NCBI GenBank assembly: GCA_024402335.1
Contig: JAKSTZ010000008.1
Coordinates: 565 to 64,564, forward strand
Origin: Bacteroidales bacterium
GTDB lineage: Bacteria > Bacteroidota > Bacteroidia > Bacteroidales > UBA1715
Direction: 5' to 3'
Length of the DNA: 64,000 nt
Below the pieces are notes generated by a model. The model had not been told where the DNA came from. It worked only from the letters and a program-made list of their open reading frames with translations, and did no database searches. The translations under genes and the position numbers were made by a program. Of the stretch, positions 29,481 to 38,589 are shown piece after piece (position 1 is the first letter of the stretch; the number at the start of each line of letters is the position of its first letter).

Positions 29481-30800
29481 TTATTTTTCCATTACCCAAG
29501 TATCCTTAAAACCGCCACCTTGGCTACTATTAACCACAAAAGAGTGCGGATCACGACTAAAACGCGTTAAACCAGATTTCCAAACTTTTGTTTCCCTACC
29601 CGTAACTACAAAAGCGCGAAGATCGCATTTACGAGGTGAAGGATTGCTATTCTCATCTATAATATCCAAGTCTATGAAATCAACAACTTCCTGTGCTATC
29701 CATCGACGAGGATCTTGTATGATTAAATTCTTCACTTCCTCCAAACGTTCTGGCGACATGTCACGACCGAACATAACACCATATCCTCCAGCTTCGGCAA
29801 CATCTTTAATCACCAATTTTTTCACATTCTTTATAATGTAGTCGAAATCCTCTTTAAAGAACGGCAAATACGTCGGTGCATTCGACAAAATCGGTTCTTC
29901 GTTCAAATAATACGAAACCATTTTAGGCACGAAATAATAAATACCTTTATCATCTGCCACGCCATTACCAAACGCGTTAATAACACCAACATTTCCAGCA
30001 CGATACGATTCCATAAGATTCGGAACGCCAAGTAGCGAAGACGGCTCAAATGCCAACGGATCCATATATTCGTCAGAGACACGACGATAGATTGCACCAA
30101 CACGATGTTTTCTTCTGTTAATTCCTATGTAATACACATTGGAATTTTCAACTACCAAATCGCCAGGGAAAGCCAATACCGCTCCCGTTTTTTCGGCCAA
30201 ATATGAGTGTTCAAAAAAGGCAGAATTATAACGACCTGGGGTAAAAATCACATTTATACCTCGACCGTCATTTATATAATCCATCATTTCACGAAGCATG
30301 TCGCCATAATTTCTATTGTCGGCAACAAGATTATCGCGGAACGTTTGCGGAGAAGCCTTTCTCGTAACTTTTCTCGCTATCATCGGATACGAAGCTCCAC
30401 TTGGAATACGAAGATTGTCCTCCAAAACCAACCAACGTCCATCTTTATCTTGTACCAAATCTATTCCCGCAATATGCGCATACACATTCTTCGCCGGAGT
30501 AATTCCATCGCAATCAGGCATATAACCTTTACTTTCATACGTAAATTCTTTAGGAATCACCCCATCATTCACAATACGTTTTTCATGATAAATATCATAC
30601 AAAAACATATTTAACGCCTTAACTCTTTGAATAAGACCTTTTTCCAACATAGCCCATTCGTCTGCCGGAATTTTTCGTGGAATGGAATCAAAAGGGAAAA
30701 TTTGTTCATTAAAAACACCATTTTTATATACTCCAAAACGCACACCATACCGTTCCATCCACACATTAACAGTATCTCGTGCTGCCAATAATTCTTTCAT
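29481..30800 (-). CDS. Circularly permuted type-2 ATP-grasp protein (amidoligase)
   Basis: 439 aa. Family-typical segments are FPFDSIPRKI, LVLEDNLRIPSGASY, IYRRV, GVADDKGIYYFVP, IKDVAEAGGYGV and VNSSQGGGFKDTWV. Confidence 0.85.
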   Translation of the reverse strand: MKELLAARDTVNVWMERYGVRFGVYKNGVFNEQIFPFDSIPRKIPADEWAMLEKGLIQRVKALNMFLYDIYHEKRIVNDGVIPKEFTYESKGYMPDCDGITPAKNVYAHIAGIDLVQDKDGRWLVLEDNLRIPSGASYPMIARKVTRKASPQTFRDNLVADNRNYGDMLREMMDYINDGRGINVIFTPGRYNSAFFEHSYLAEKTGAVLAFPGDLVVENSNVYYIGINRRKHRVGAIYRRVSDEYMDPLAFEPSSLLGVPNLMESYRAGNVGVINAFGNGVADDKGIYYFVPKMVSYYLNEEPILSNAPTYLPFFKEDFDYIIKNVKKLVIKDVAEAGGYGVMFGRDMSPERLEEVKNLIIQDPRRWIAQEVVDFIDLDIIDENSNPSPRKCDLRAFVVTGRETKVWKSGLTRFSRDPHSFVVNSSQGGGFKDTWVMEK

Positions 30801-30853
30801 ACAATTATAAATTAAGATTTAAGATTCTACTTATCGACCAAAAACTAGTCACC

Positions 30854-30940
30854 ACAAACGATGATACAATCTACCACAGCCCAGGCGGGCTGCTGAATGT
30901 TTAGTACTATTGTATCCATCAAGAATCTCATTCCGTTTGT
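30854..30940 (-). promoter_or_regulatory. Structured 5' leader (three-stem element) of the ATP-grasp operon
   Basis: The element has nested complementarity. The outer stem pairs acaaacg (30854-60) with cgtttgt (30934-40). A second stem pairs atgatacaat (30861-70) with attgtatc(c)at (30909-19). A GC-rich apical stem pairs cagccc (30877-82) with gggctg (30887-92). A side hairpin is gaat-ctc-attc (30923-33). Confidence 0.5.
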
Positions 30941-30948
30941 TTTTTTTG

Positions 30949-30956
30949 CAAATATA
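30949..30956 (-). promoter_or_regulatory. Putative -7 promoter box for the ATP-grasp operon
   Basis: The reverse strand reads tatatttg (TAnnTTTG). It places a TSS near 30940, at the 5' end of the structured element. Confidence 0.35.
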
Positions 30957-31250
30957 TACGATTTTTAATAATTTAATAACAATTTGTAATTATTTTTACA
31001 ATTTTCGCTTTTAATTTATAATATAACATCAATTTTTACTTTAATCATATCATAAAATTACATAATTAAAGTAACATTATGTTCGTACCGAAAAAGCAAA
31101 GTTCCATGGCTTGTTTTTAAATCATACAAACAACTGTAGTTTTAATCTTACACAAAAGATTTTCACAAAACCAATTGGGAAATAACATATAAGCTACAAA
31201 CACACCCATTATTTTTCAGCCGAAAACGCTTATCATTTCTAAATCTTTAC

Positions 31251-31258
31251 TACATTTG
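31251..31258 (+). promoter_or_regulatory. Putative -7 promoter box for thrS
   Basis: tacatttg matches TAnnTTTG and lies 23 nt upstream of the ATG at 31282. Confidence 0.35.
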
Positions 31259-31281
31259 CGACCGAAAATATATTTACTACA

Positions 31282-33228
31282 ATGATACAAATAACATTTC
31301 CTGACGGTAGTGTCAAAGAGTTCAACGAAGGTGTTACTCCGTTGGAAATTGCCGAAAGTCTTAGTGCACAACTTGCACGCGAGGTTGTTATAGCAACTGT
31401 TAACGGCAATGCTTGGGATTTAAAACGTTCTATAAATGAAAATGCAACAATAGCACTTCACAAATTCGACACCCCTGAAGGTAAACATGCTTTCTGGCAC
31501 TCTTCTGCACACCTTTTAGCAGAAGCTCTACAAGCATTATATCCAAATACAAAATTCGGTATCGGTCCAGCCATAGAAAATGGTTTCTACTATGACGTTG
31601 ACCTTGGCGACATCACTTTAACGGAAAAAGATTTGATAGCTATCGAAAACAAAATGTTGGACTTAGCACGTCAGAAAAATGATTTCGTACGCAAAGATGT
31701 TCCTAAAGCAGACGCTTTGAAATATTTCGGTGACAAAAACGAAACGTATAAAGTAGAACTTATCAACGACTTGGAAGATGGTTCTATTACATATTATACA
31801 CAAGGTGCTTTCACTGACCTTTGTCGTGGTCCACACTTGCCAAACACTGAACCTATCAAAGCTGTAAAACTTACAAGTATTGCAGGTGCATATTGGAGAG
31901 GCGACGAAACACGTAAACAATTAACTCGTATTTATGGTATTACTTTCCCTAAGAAGAAAATGCTTGACGAATACTTGGAATTGTTAGAACAAGCTAAACA
32001 ACGCGACCACAGAAAAATCGGTAAAGAAATGGAACTTTTCATGTTCTCCGATTTAGTTGGTAAAGGTCTTCCTATTTGGTTGCCAAAAGGTACAGACCTT
32101 CGTCTTCGTTTGGAAAGCGCACTTAAAAGAATTCAAAAAAGATTTGGTTACCAACAAGTTATGACTCCTCATATTGGTGGTAAAAATCTATATGTTACTT
32201 CAGGTCACTGGGATCACTATGGAAAAGATAGCTTCCAACCTATCACAACTCCAGAAGAAGGTGAAGTTTATTTGTTAAAACCAATGAACTGCCCTCACCA
32301 CTGTATGATCTACAAAAACGCACCTCGTTCATACAAAGATTTACCATTCCGTTGTGCTGAATTCGGAACTGTATATCGTTATGAGCAAAGTGGTGAATTA
32401 CATGGACTTACACGTGTACGTTCATTCACACAAGATGATGCGCACATTTTCTGTCGTGCAGACCAAGTAAAAGACGAATTCTTAAAAGTTATCGATATTA
32501 TTCAAATCATTTTCAAAGCTTTGAAATTCGATAAATTTGAAGCACAAGTTTCTCTTCGTGACAAAAACAACACTACTAAATATATTGGTAGCGACGAAGA
32601 TTGGGAAAGAGCTGAAAATGCTATCATTGAAGCAGCTGCTGAAAAAGGTTTGAACACTATCGTAGAATACGGCGAAGCAGCATTCTATGGTCCAAAACTA
32701 GACTTCATGGTTCGCGATGCTCTTGGAAGAAGATGGCAATTAGGAACTATCCAAGTTGACTACAACTTGCCTAAACGTTTTGATCTTGAATACATTACAA
32801 GCGAAAACACAAAAGAACGTCCTGTAATGATTCACCGAGCACCATTCGGTTCAATGGAACGTTTCGTTGCCGTTTTGATAGAACATACAGGCGGTAAATT
32901 CCCATTATGGTTGACTCCAGATCAAGCTGTAATCATTCCTGTAAGTGAAAAATATAATGATTATGCGAAAAAAGTTTTGAATTTATTAAATAATTACGAT
33001 ATTCGCACACTCATTGACGACAGAAATGAGAAGGTAGGTAAAAAAATACGCGACAACGAAATGAAACGTATCCCTTACCTAATCGTAGTCGGAGAAAATG
33101 AACAAAACGAAGGAACAGTTTCTGTGAGAAAACAAGGCGAAGGAAACGGCGCAACAGTTATGAAAATAGAAGAATTTGTTGCACAAATCTCTGCCGAAGT
33201 TGACGAACAAATGAACGAAATGAAATAG
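31282..33228 (+). CDS. thrS: Threonine--tRNA ligase
   Basis: 648 aa. It has a TGS N-terminus, the editing-site motif [13 protein letters not shown], class II motifs ([35 protein letters not shown]) and an anticodon-binding C-terminus. Confidence 0.96.
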   Translation: MIQITFPDGSVKEFNEGVTPLEIAESLSAQLAREVVIATVNGNAWDLKRSINENATIALHKFDTPEGKHAFWHSSAHLLAEALQALYPNTKFGIGPAIENGFYYDVDLGDITLTEKDLIAIENKMLDLARQKNDFVRKDVPKADALKYFGDKNETYKVELINDLEDGSITYYTQGAFTDLCRGPHLPNTEPIKAVKLTSIAGAYWRGDETRKQLTRIYGITFPKKKMLDEYLELLEQAKQRDHRKIGKEMELFMFSDLVGKGLPIWLPKGTDLRLRLESALKRIQKRFGYQQVMTPHIGGKNLYVTSGHWDHYGKDSFQPITTPEEGEVYLLKPMNCPHHCMIYKNAPRSYKDLPFRCAEFGTVYRYEQSGELHGLTRVRSFTQDDAHIFCRADQVKDEFLKVIDIIQIIFKALKFDKFEAQVSLRDKNNTTKYIGSDEDWERAENAIIEAAAEKGLNTIVEYGEAAFYGPKLDFMVRDALGRRWQLGTIQVDYNLPKRFDLEYITSENTKERPVMIHRAPFGSMERFVAVLIEHTGGKFPLWLTPDQAVIIPVSEKYNDYAKKVLNLLNNYDIRTLIDDRNEKVGKKIRDNEMKRIPYLIVVGENEQNEGTVSVRKQGEGNGATVMKIEEFVAQISAEVDEQMNEMK

Positions 33229-33263
33229 AACTTAAATTAGTATAAACAAGATAACTATTGTAA

Positions 33264-33791
33264 ATGGCTGACGAATTAGCAGACAATTTTAAAATTAACC
33301 ACAGCATTAGAGCACGCGAAGTGCGCTTAGTTGGCGACAATGTAACTCAAGGAGTTTACTCTATCTTCGATGCCCTAAAAATTGCGGACGAACAAAACTT
33401 AGACTTGGTTGAAATCTCACCAAATGCTGATCCACCAGTTTGTCGTGTTATTGATTTCCAAAAATTCCTTTATTCTTTAAAGAAAAAACAAAAGGAAATC
33501 AAAGCAAACAGTACAAAAGTTGTTTTGAAAGAAGTTCGTTTCGGACCACAAACAGACGAACACGACTATCAATTCAAATTGAAACATGCTCAAAAATTCC
33601 TTGCAGAAGGAGCTAAAGTAAAAGCATACGTGTTCTTTAAAGGTCGTTCAATTCTTTACAAAGAACAAGGAACAGACGTATTGACTCGTTTCATTAAAGA
33701 CTTGGAAGATGTTGCACGTTTGGACCAAGAACCAAGATTAGAAGGAAAAAGAATGTTCATTCTACTTTCTCCTCTACCAAAAAAGAAATAA
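33264..33791 (+). CDS. infC: Translation initiation factor IF-3
   Basis: 175 aa with the motif [16 protein letters not shown]. It lies in the thrS-infC-rpmI-rplT arrangement. The ATG start is preceded by an in-frame TAA. Confidence 0.94.
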   Translation: MADELADNFKINHSIRAREVRLVGDNVTQGVYSIFDALKIADEQNLDLVEISPNADPPVCRVIDFQKFLYSLKKKQKEIKANSTKVVLKEVRFGPQTDEHDYQFKLKHAQKFLAEGAKVKAYVFFKGRSILYKEQGTDVLTRFIKDLEDVARLDQEPRLEGKRMFILLSPLPKKK

Positions 33792-33824
33792 TTAATGTTT
33801 AACAAATAAAATAAGTGAAGTAAA

Positions 33825-34019
33825 ATGCCAAAGATGAAATCTAAATCCAGTGCAAAAAAACGTTTCACATTGACGGGTACTGGTAAAATCAAACGCAAAA
33901 AAGCGTTTAAGAGTCACTTGTTAACAAGAAAAGAAACGAAGCAAAAAAGAAATCTTCGTTACTCTACTACAGTTGACAAGACAAACAAAAAGAGCGTTAA
34001 AAACATGCTCGCTATTTAA
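33825..34019 (+). CDS. rpmI: 50S ribosomal protein L35
   Basis: 64 aa and basic, starting [14 protein letters not shown]. Confidence 0.94.
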   Translation: MPKMKSKSSAKKRFTLTGTGKIKRKKAFKSHLLTRKETKQKRNLRYSTTVDKTNKKSVKNMLAI

Positions 34020-34096
34020 TTTTTATTGTGTAACAATGATTAAGCAACTAAGTACTAATGAAATAAGTAGTCGCTAATCGTTAAAAATTTAAAAAC

Positions 34097-34444
34097 ATGC
34101 CAAGATCAGTAAATCACGTTGCCTCAAGAGCACGCAGAAAAAAAATCTTAAAACAAACTAAAGGTAACTACCTTGCAAGAAGAAATGTCTATACAGTTGC
34201 AAAAAACACACTTGAAAAAGGTTTGCAATATGCTTACAGAGACAGAAAAACTAAAAAGAGAAACTTCAGAGCATTATGGATTCAAAGAATCAATGCTGGT
34301 GTTCGTACTTTTGGAATGAACTACTCTCAATTTATGGGAGCGTTAGCAAAGAACAACATCACGCTTAACCGTAAAGTTCTTGCAGACTTAGCAATGAACA
34401 ATGCAGAAGCGTTCGAAGCTATCGTTAAAACTGTAAAAAAATAA
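34097..34444 (+). CDS. rplT: 50S ribosomal protein L20
   Basis: 115 aa, starting [19 protein letters not shown] and containing [23 protein letters not shown]. Confidence 0.95.
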   Translation: MPRSVNHVASRARRKKILKQTKGNYLARRNVYTVAKNTLEKGLQYAYRDRKTKKRNFRALWIQRINAGVRTFGMNYSQFMGALAKNNITLNRKVLADLAMNNAEAFEAIVKTVKK

Positions 34445-34465
34445 TACATTATTATATTCATTTTA

Positions 34466-34494
34466 GGGAAGTCTCTATGGCTTCCCTTTTTTTT
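34466..34494 (+). terminator. Rho-independent terminator after rplT
   Basis: The stem pairs gggaag with cttccc and is followed by eight T residues (34487-34494). Confidence 0.7.
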
Positions 34495-34508
34495 AATATC
34501 ACATTGTT

Positions 34509-35225
34509 ATGAAAATCGCACTTATCGGATACGGAAAAATGGGAAAAGAGATTGAAAAAATCGCTATCGAACGCGGACATTCAATCGTATTAACTATAGA
34601 CATCAACAATCAGGAAGATATGACTCCTGAAAATCTAAAAAAAGCTGATGTAGCCATTGAATTTACTACTCCAAAGACGGCTTTCGACAATTATATGAAG
34701 TGTTTTGAAGCTGGTGTTCCTGTTGTTTCAGGTTCTACTGGATGGACAGAAAGATTCAACGAAGTTGCTTCTATCTGTGAAAAATCAGGTAACACATTCT
34801 TCTACTCTTCTAACTACAGCCTTGGCGTAAATATATTCTTCGAATTAAACAAAAAGCTTGCTGCTATTATGAACAAATTCGAACAATATGACGTTTGCGT
34901 TCAAGAAGCTCACCATAACCAAAAACTTGATGCACCTAGTGGTACTGCAATCACTATCGCACAAGGCATACTTGAAAATATAGACAGAAAAAAAGACTGG
35001 AGACTAAACGAATTCAAATCTACTGAAGAATTACAGGTTGTCTCTACTCGCTTGGGAACTATCCCGGGAACTCATATCGTGACATACGATTCTGCTGACG
35101 ACACATTGGAAATTAAACATGCCGCAAAATCTCGCCGTGGCCTTGCATTCGGAGCTGTACTTGCTGCCGAATTTGTAAAAGACAAAAAAGGCGTATTCGG
35201 TATGAAAGATTTACTAGATATATAA
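34509..35225 (+). CDS. dapB: 4-hydroxy-tetrahydrodipicolinate reductase
   Basis: 238 aa. The NAD(P) loop is KIALIGYGKMG and the signature is EAHHNQKLDAPSGTA. Confidence 0.94.
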   Translation: MKIALIGYGKMGKEIEKIAIERGHSIVLTIDINNQEDMTPENLKKADVAIEFTTPKTAFDNYMKCFEAGVPVVSGSTGWTERFNEVASICEKSGNTFFYSSNYSLGVNIFFELNKKLAAIMNKFEQYDVCVQEAHHNQKLDAPSGTAITIAQGILENIDRKKDWRLNEFKSTEELQVVSTRLGTIPGTHIVTYDSADDTLEIKHAAKSRRGLAFGAVLAAEFVKDKKGVFGMKDLLDI

Positions 35226-35231
35226 TTGATT

Positions 35232-36647
35232 ATGAAAAAGTTGATAGAATTCCTTAAAAACAAATGGTTCATATTCGGCATATCTGCCGTATGTTGGATT
35301 TTATTCGTCATCTGGCTCGGAAACTTTTGGTGGTTACTTGGCTTAGGCGTTATTTTTGACCTATGCATCACGAAAAAAGTTCCATGGGCTTTCTGGAAAA
35401 TCTATCAACCCAAAACAGCTTTCGGAAAATGGCTTTTGGGCTGGGTTGACGCCATTATATTTGCCGTAATTGCAGCTTCATTCATTAGAATATTCTTCTT
35501 TGAAGCATATACCATCCCAACATCTTCGATGGAAGGTACAATGTTAATTGGAGACTACTTATTTGTAAGCAAATGCAACTATGGTCCTCGTAAACCTATG
35601 ACACCATTATCATTCCCTTTTGTTCACCATACCATGCCTTTCTCTACGACTAAAAAATCGTATTCAGAAATATGGAAACGCCCATACGAACGAATGGCTG
35701 GTTTTGAACAAGTAAAGAATGACGACATTGTTGTATTCAATTTTCCAGAAGGCGACACGGTAATTCTTACACGTCAATCTCAAAGTTATTACCAAATAAA
35801 GAGAGATTTCATGGAAGAAGGCCTGCTTTATCCTATTTCACAACACGATTACAATCGATTAATGCAAATCAAAATGAAATATCCTAATCTTGAAGACTGC
35901 TTCAATGAATATTTCAAAGATTCCATTATTGTAAGACCACTTGACAAAAAAGAAAATTATATCAAACGTTGCGTCGCAATAGCTGGAGATACTCTACAAG
36001 TAGTTGGCGGAAAGGTAATTATCAACGGTAAACCTCAAAAAGAAATTGAAAATATACAATTCCGTTACGAAGTACAAACAACTGCTCCTTTCAGACAAGC
36101 TATATTTGAAAAATTAAACATAAGAGAATACGGCATAACAAAGAAAGGATATGTGATGTTGCTTAACGAAAAACAAGTTGAAGAATTAAAAAGCTATAAA
36201 TCAGTTACAAGCATACAAAAACAAGAATTTCCGGAAGGTTTCCGTTATAATGAATGTTTTCCACAAAGCAACAACTACAACTGGAATAAAGACTTTTTCG
36301 GTCCGCTTGTAATTCCAAAAGCAGGAACAACAGTAGAGCTTTCAACAAAGAATTTACCTCTGTATAAAAGAATCATAGAATTATACGAAGCCAATAGCCT
36401 TCGTATTGATGGAGAAAATATTTACATCAACGATACTTTGGCCACTTCCTATACATTTAAACAAGACTACTACTGGATGATGGGTGACAACAGAGATAAC
36501 TCGTTAGATTCTCGTTTTTGGGGATTTGTTCCAGAAGATCACATCGTCGGCAAAGCTGTCGTAATTTGGTTCTCTTCAGAACAAAATAAGCCATTCCCTG
36601 CAAGTATACGCTGGAATCGATTATTCAATATTATTCATAAAAACTAA
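35232..36647 (+). CDS. lepB: Signal peptidase I (long Bacteroidetes form)
   Basis: The catalytic Ser box is SSMEGTMLIGDYLFVSK, the Lys box is YIKRCVAIAGD, and GDNRDNSLDSRFWGFV is present. The ORF track starts at a TTG at 35226; the ATG at 35232 is more likely. Confidence 0.9.
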   Translation: MKKLIEFLKNKWFIFGISAVCWILFVIWLGNFWWLLGLGVIFDLCITKKVPWAFWKIYQPKTAFGKWLLGWVDAIIFAVIAASFIRIFFFEAYTIPTSSMEGTMLIGDYLFVSKCNYGPRKPMTPLSFPFVHHTMPFSTTKKSYSEIWKRPYERMAGFEQVKNDDIVVFNFPEGDTVILTRQSQSYYQIKRDFMEEGLLYPISQHDYNRLMQIKMKYPNLEDCFNEYFKDSIIVRPLDKKENYIKRCVAIAGDTLQVVGGKVIINGKPQKEIENIQFRYEVQTTAPFRQAIFEKLNIREYGITKKGYVMLLNEKQVEELKSYKSVTSIQKQEFPEGFRYNECFPQSNNYNWNKDFFGPLVIPKAGTTVELSTKNLPLYKRIIELYEANSLRIDGENIYINDTLATSYTFKQDYYWMMGDNRDNSLDSRFWGFVPEDHIVGKAVVIWFSSEQNKPFPASIRWNRLFNIIHKN

Positions 36648-36658
36648 ATCAAGAGGCG

Positions 36659-37291
36659 ATGAAAATCGCCTCTTTTTGTATAAGAAATATGTTACTTTCA
36701 TCTGCATACCTACCTCCTATCGAATACGTCGCACTTTTGGCAAAACAAAAGGAAGCAACTGTAGAAATTTGGGAACACTATGTAAAACAAACCTACAGAA
36801 ATAGAACAACTATTCTTTCGGCTAACGGCCCTTTAGATTTAATTATTCCATTAGAAAAAAAAGACGGCAGCAAAACATTAATGAAAGATGTAAAAATTGC
36901 CTATCACGATAGATGGAACGCAGAGCATTGGAATGCGATTATTTCAGCATATAATTCGTCTCCATTCTTCGAATATTATTCCGACGACATACAACCTTTT
37001 TTCACGAAGACATACTCTTCACTGATAGATTTTAACGCAGAATTCTTACAATGTATTCTAAGGCTTTTAAAGATTAATTGCACATGCAATTTTACAAGCG
37101 ATTTTATAAAACCTAATACAATAGAAAACGATTATCGATACTCTATTTCTCCTAAAATAAAAACAAACAAAAGCTTCCCGGAATACACACAAGTTTTTGA
37201 AGAAAAAATGCCATTTCATCCTAACCTTAGCATACTCGATTTATTGTGTAATTTAGGACCAGAATCAAAATCGTATCTTGAACAATTATAA
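36659..37291 (+). CDS. WbqC-like family protein
   Basis: 210 aa with the N-terminal pattern SSAYLPPIEY...QTYRNRTTIL typical of the WbqC family. It follows the dapB-lepB-wbqC synteny common in Bacteroidetes. Confidence 0.7.
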   Translation: MKIASFCIRNMLLSSAYLPPIEYVALLAKQKEATVEIWEHYVKQTYRNRTTILSANGPLDLIIPLEKKDGSKTLMKDVKIAYHDRWNAEHWNAIISAYNSSPFFEYYSDDIQPFFTKTYSSLIDFNAEFLQCILRLLKINCTCNFTSDFIKPNTIENDYRYSISPKIKTNKSFPEYTQVFEEKMPFHPNLSILDLLCNLGPESKSYLEQL

Positions 37292-37404
37292 TATTGCAAC
37301 AAAATTGCACTTATATAATGTTATAATATACAATAAATTACATTTATAAAAAACAAACGTATAGCATATCGTTGAAAAATATATTGCATTTTATTTGCAT
37401 TGCA

Positions 37405-37434
37405 TTTGTTTTGCATTTATATTTGCAAAACAAA
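37405..37434. promoter_or_regulatory. Perfect 11-bp inverted repeat (TTTGTTTTGCA-n8-TGCAAAACAAA), candidate operator of the WYL regulator
   Basis: Read directly from the sequence. The arms are at 37405-37415 and 37424-37434. The spacer and right arm contain the -7-like box tatatttg. Additional TTGCA cores lie at about 37294, 37306, 37385, 37396 and 37400. Confidence 0.55.
37418..37425 (+). promoter_or_regulatory. Putative -7 promoter box for the WYL regulator gene
   Basis: tatatttg matches TAnnTTTG and lies 27 nt upstream of the ATG at 37453, embedded in the palindrome. Confidence 0.4.
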
Positions 37435-37452
37435 CATTAAAACTTTTTCGAT

Positions 37453-38472
37453 ATGCCAGCTCATAAGTCAAAGAATTTTCGTTTTAGAATTATAGATGAA
37501 TGTCTATGCGATCGCTCTCGTACTTGGACCTTGGAAGACTTAATCAATGAAGTCTCTAGAAAACTAACCGACGAATTCAATGTCGAAAAAGTAAGCCGTC
37601 GCTCTATTCAATATGACATTGCTTTAATGCGCGAAAAACAACCTGTAGGTTACGATGCTCCTATTATCTGCGTTGACGGAAAATACACCTACTCGGATGA
37701 GAATTTCTCTATTCAAAACATGAGATTGAGCAAACCGGACATCGACAATCTTACTGAAGTTGCTAACACGCTTAAGCAATACAAGCAATACACTCACCTT
37801 GGCGACATATCTAAATTAATTGAAAAAATAGAAGCTATCATTGCCATAAATCCTCAACCTCAATCAAGTGTAGCATCATTTGAATCTGCACATAAATTAA
37901 TAAAAGGTATTTCATGGCTTAAACAAATCGTTGATGCCGTAGTCAACAAAAATGTTGTTGAACTTTCCATCAAAAACGAGAATAGCACTGTTTCACAGCA
38001 AGTTCTACATCCATACTTCTTGAAAGAATACCATAACGAATGGTATTTATACGGATTGGACGACAATACAACAGAATTCATCGTTATCCCTGTTCGTAAC
38101 ATCATCGCTCTTTCTCCACAAATAATAAACTTTATAGAGAACGAGAAATACACTATCGAAAACTACTTTAAATATTTGATAGGCATTCATCCAGGTGAAA
38201 ACATCAAACCTACAACTGTAACATTACGAGCAAGCAACGACATCATTGCGAGAATTCAAAATAATCCTATCCACCCTACCCAAGTCATAAAAGAAGCCGG
38301 AGATGAGGATTCTTTTGTTGAACTAAAAGTGATAGTAAACCAGGATTTAATTGAGAAAATACTCACATTCGGTTCTAAATTAAAAGTGGAAGCTCCAGAC
38401 AAGCTACGCAGAACCGTACTGAACGAACTTAAAACAGCTTACGAATCATACTACAAAATGTCATTATTCTAA
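37453..38472 (+). CDS. HTH-WYL-WCX domain transcriptional regulator (PafBC/BrxR/CapW-like architecture)
   Basis: 339 aa. The N-terminal wHTH is WTLEDLINEVSRKL...VSRRSIQYDIALMRE. The central WYL domain is VLHPYFLKEYHNEWYLYGLD. The C-terminal extension is about 100 aa. Confidence 0.75.
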   Translation: MPAHKSKNFRFRIIDECLCDRSRTWTLEDLINEVSRKLTDEFNVEKVSRRSIQYDIALMREKQPVGYDAPIICVDGKYTYSDENFSIQNMRLSKPDIDNLTEVANTLKQYKQYTHLGDISKLIEKIEAIIAINPQPQSSVASFESAHKLIKGISWLKQIVDAVVNKNVVELSIKNENSTVSQQVLHPYFLKEYHNEWYLYGLDDNTTEFIVIPVRNIIALSPQIINFIENEKYTIENYFKYLIGIHPGENIKPTTVTLRASNDIIARIQNNPIHPTQVIKEAGDEDSFVELKVIVNQDLIEKILTFGSKLKVEAPDKLRRTVLNELKTAYESYYKMSLF

Positions 38473-38589
38473 TTCGTAGAATTGTTAATAACATTTTCCA
38501 CTGATTTTTAACCACTTAGTTTTTTCTGTCTTTTTCTATGTAAACCGCAAACATAGAATTGTATATTTTTGCATGTACACAACAAAGGA

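Noticed and set aside
30961-31250. About 290 bp of AT-rich spacer upstream of thrS, considered as a T-box, a ThrRS operator-like leader or a hidden small gene.
   Set aside because: The best promoter box is only 23 nt from the ATG. I saw no specifier or T-box-like structure, no anticodon-arm mimic and no credible ORF. The only strong structure in the spacer belongs to the divergent ATP-grasp operon leader.
33229-33266. A non-canonical (AUU/AUA) infC start codon, as in the classic IF3 autoregulation.
   Set aside because: An in-frame TAA immediately precedes the ATG at 33264. The gene therefore starts with a normal ATG here, and no upstream extension is possible.
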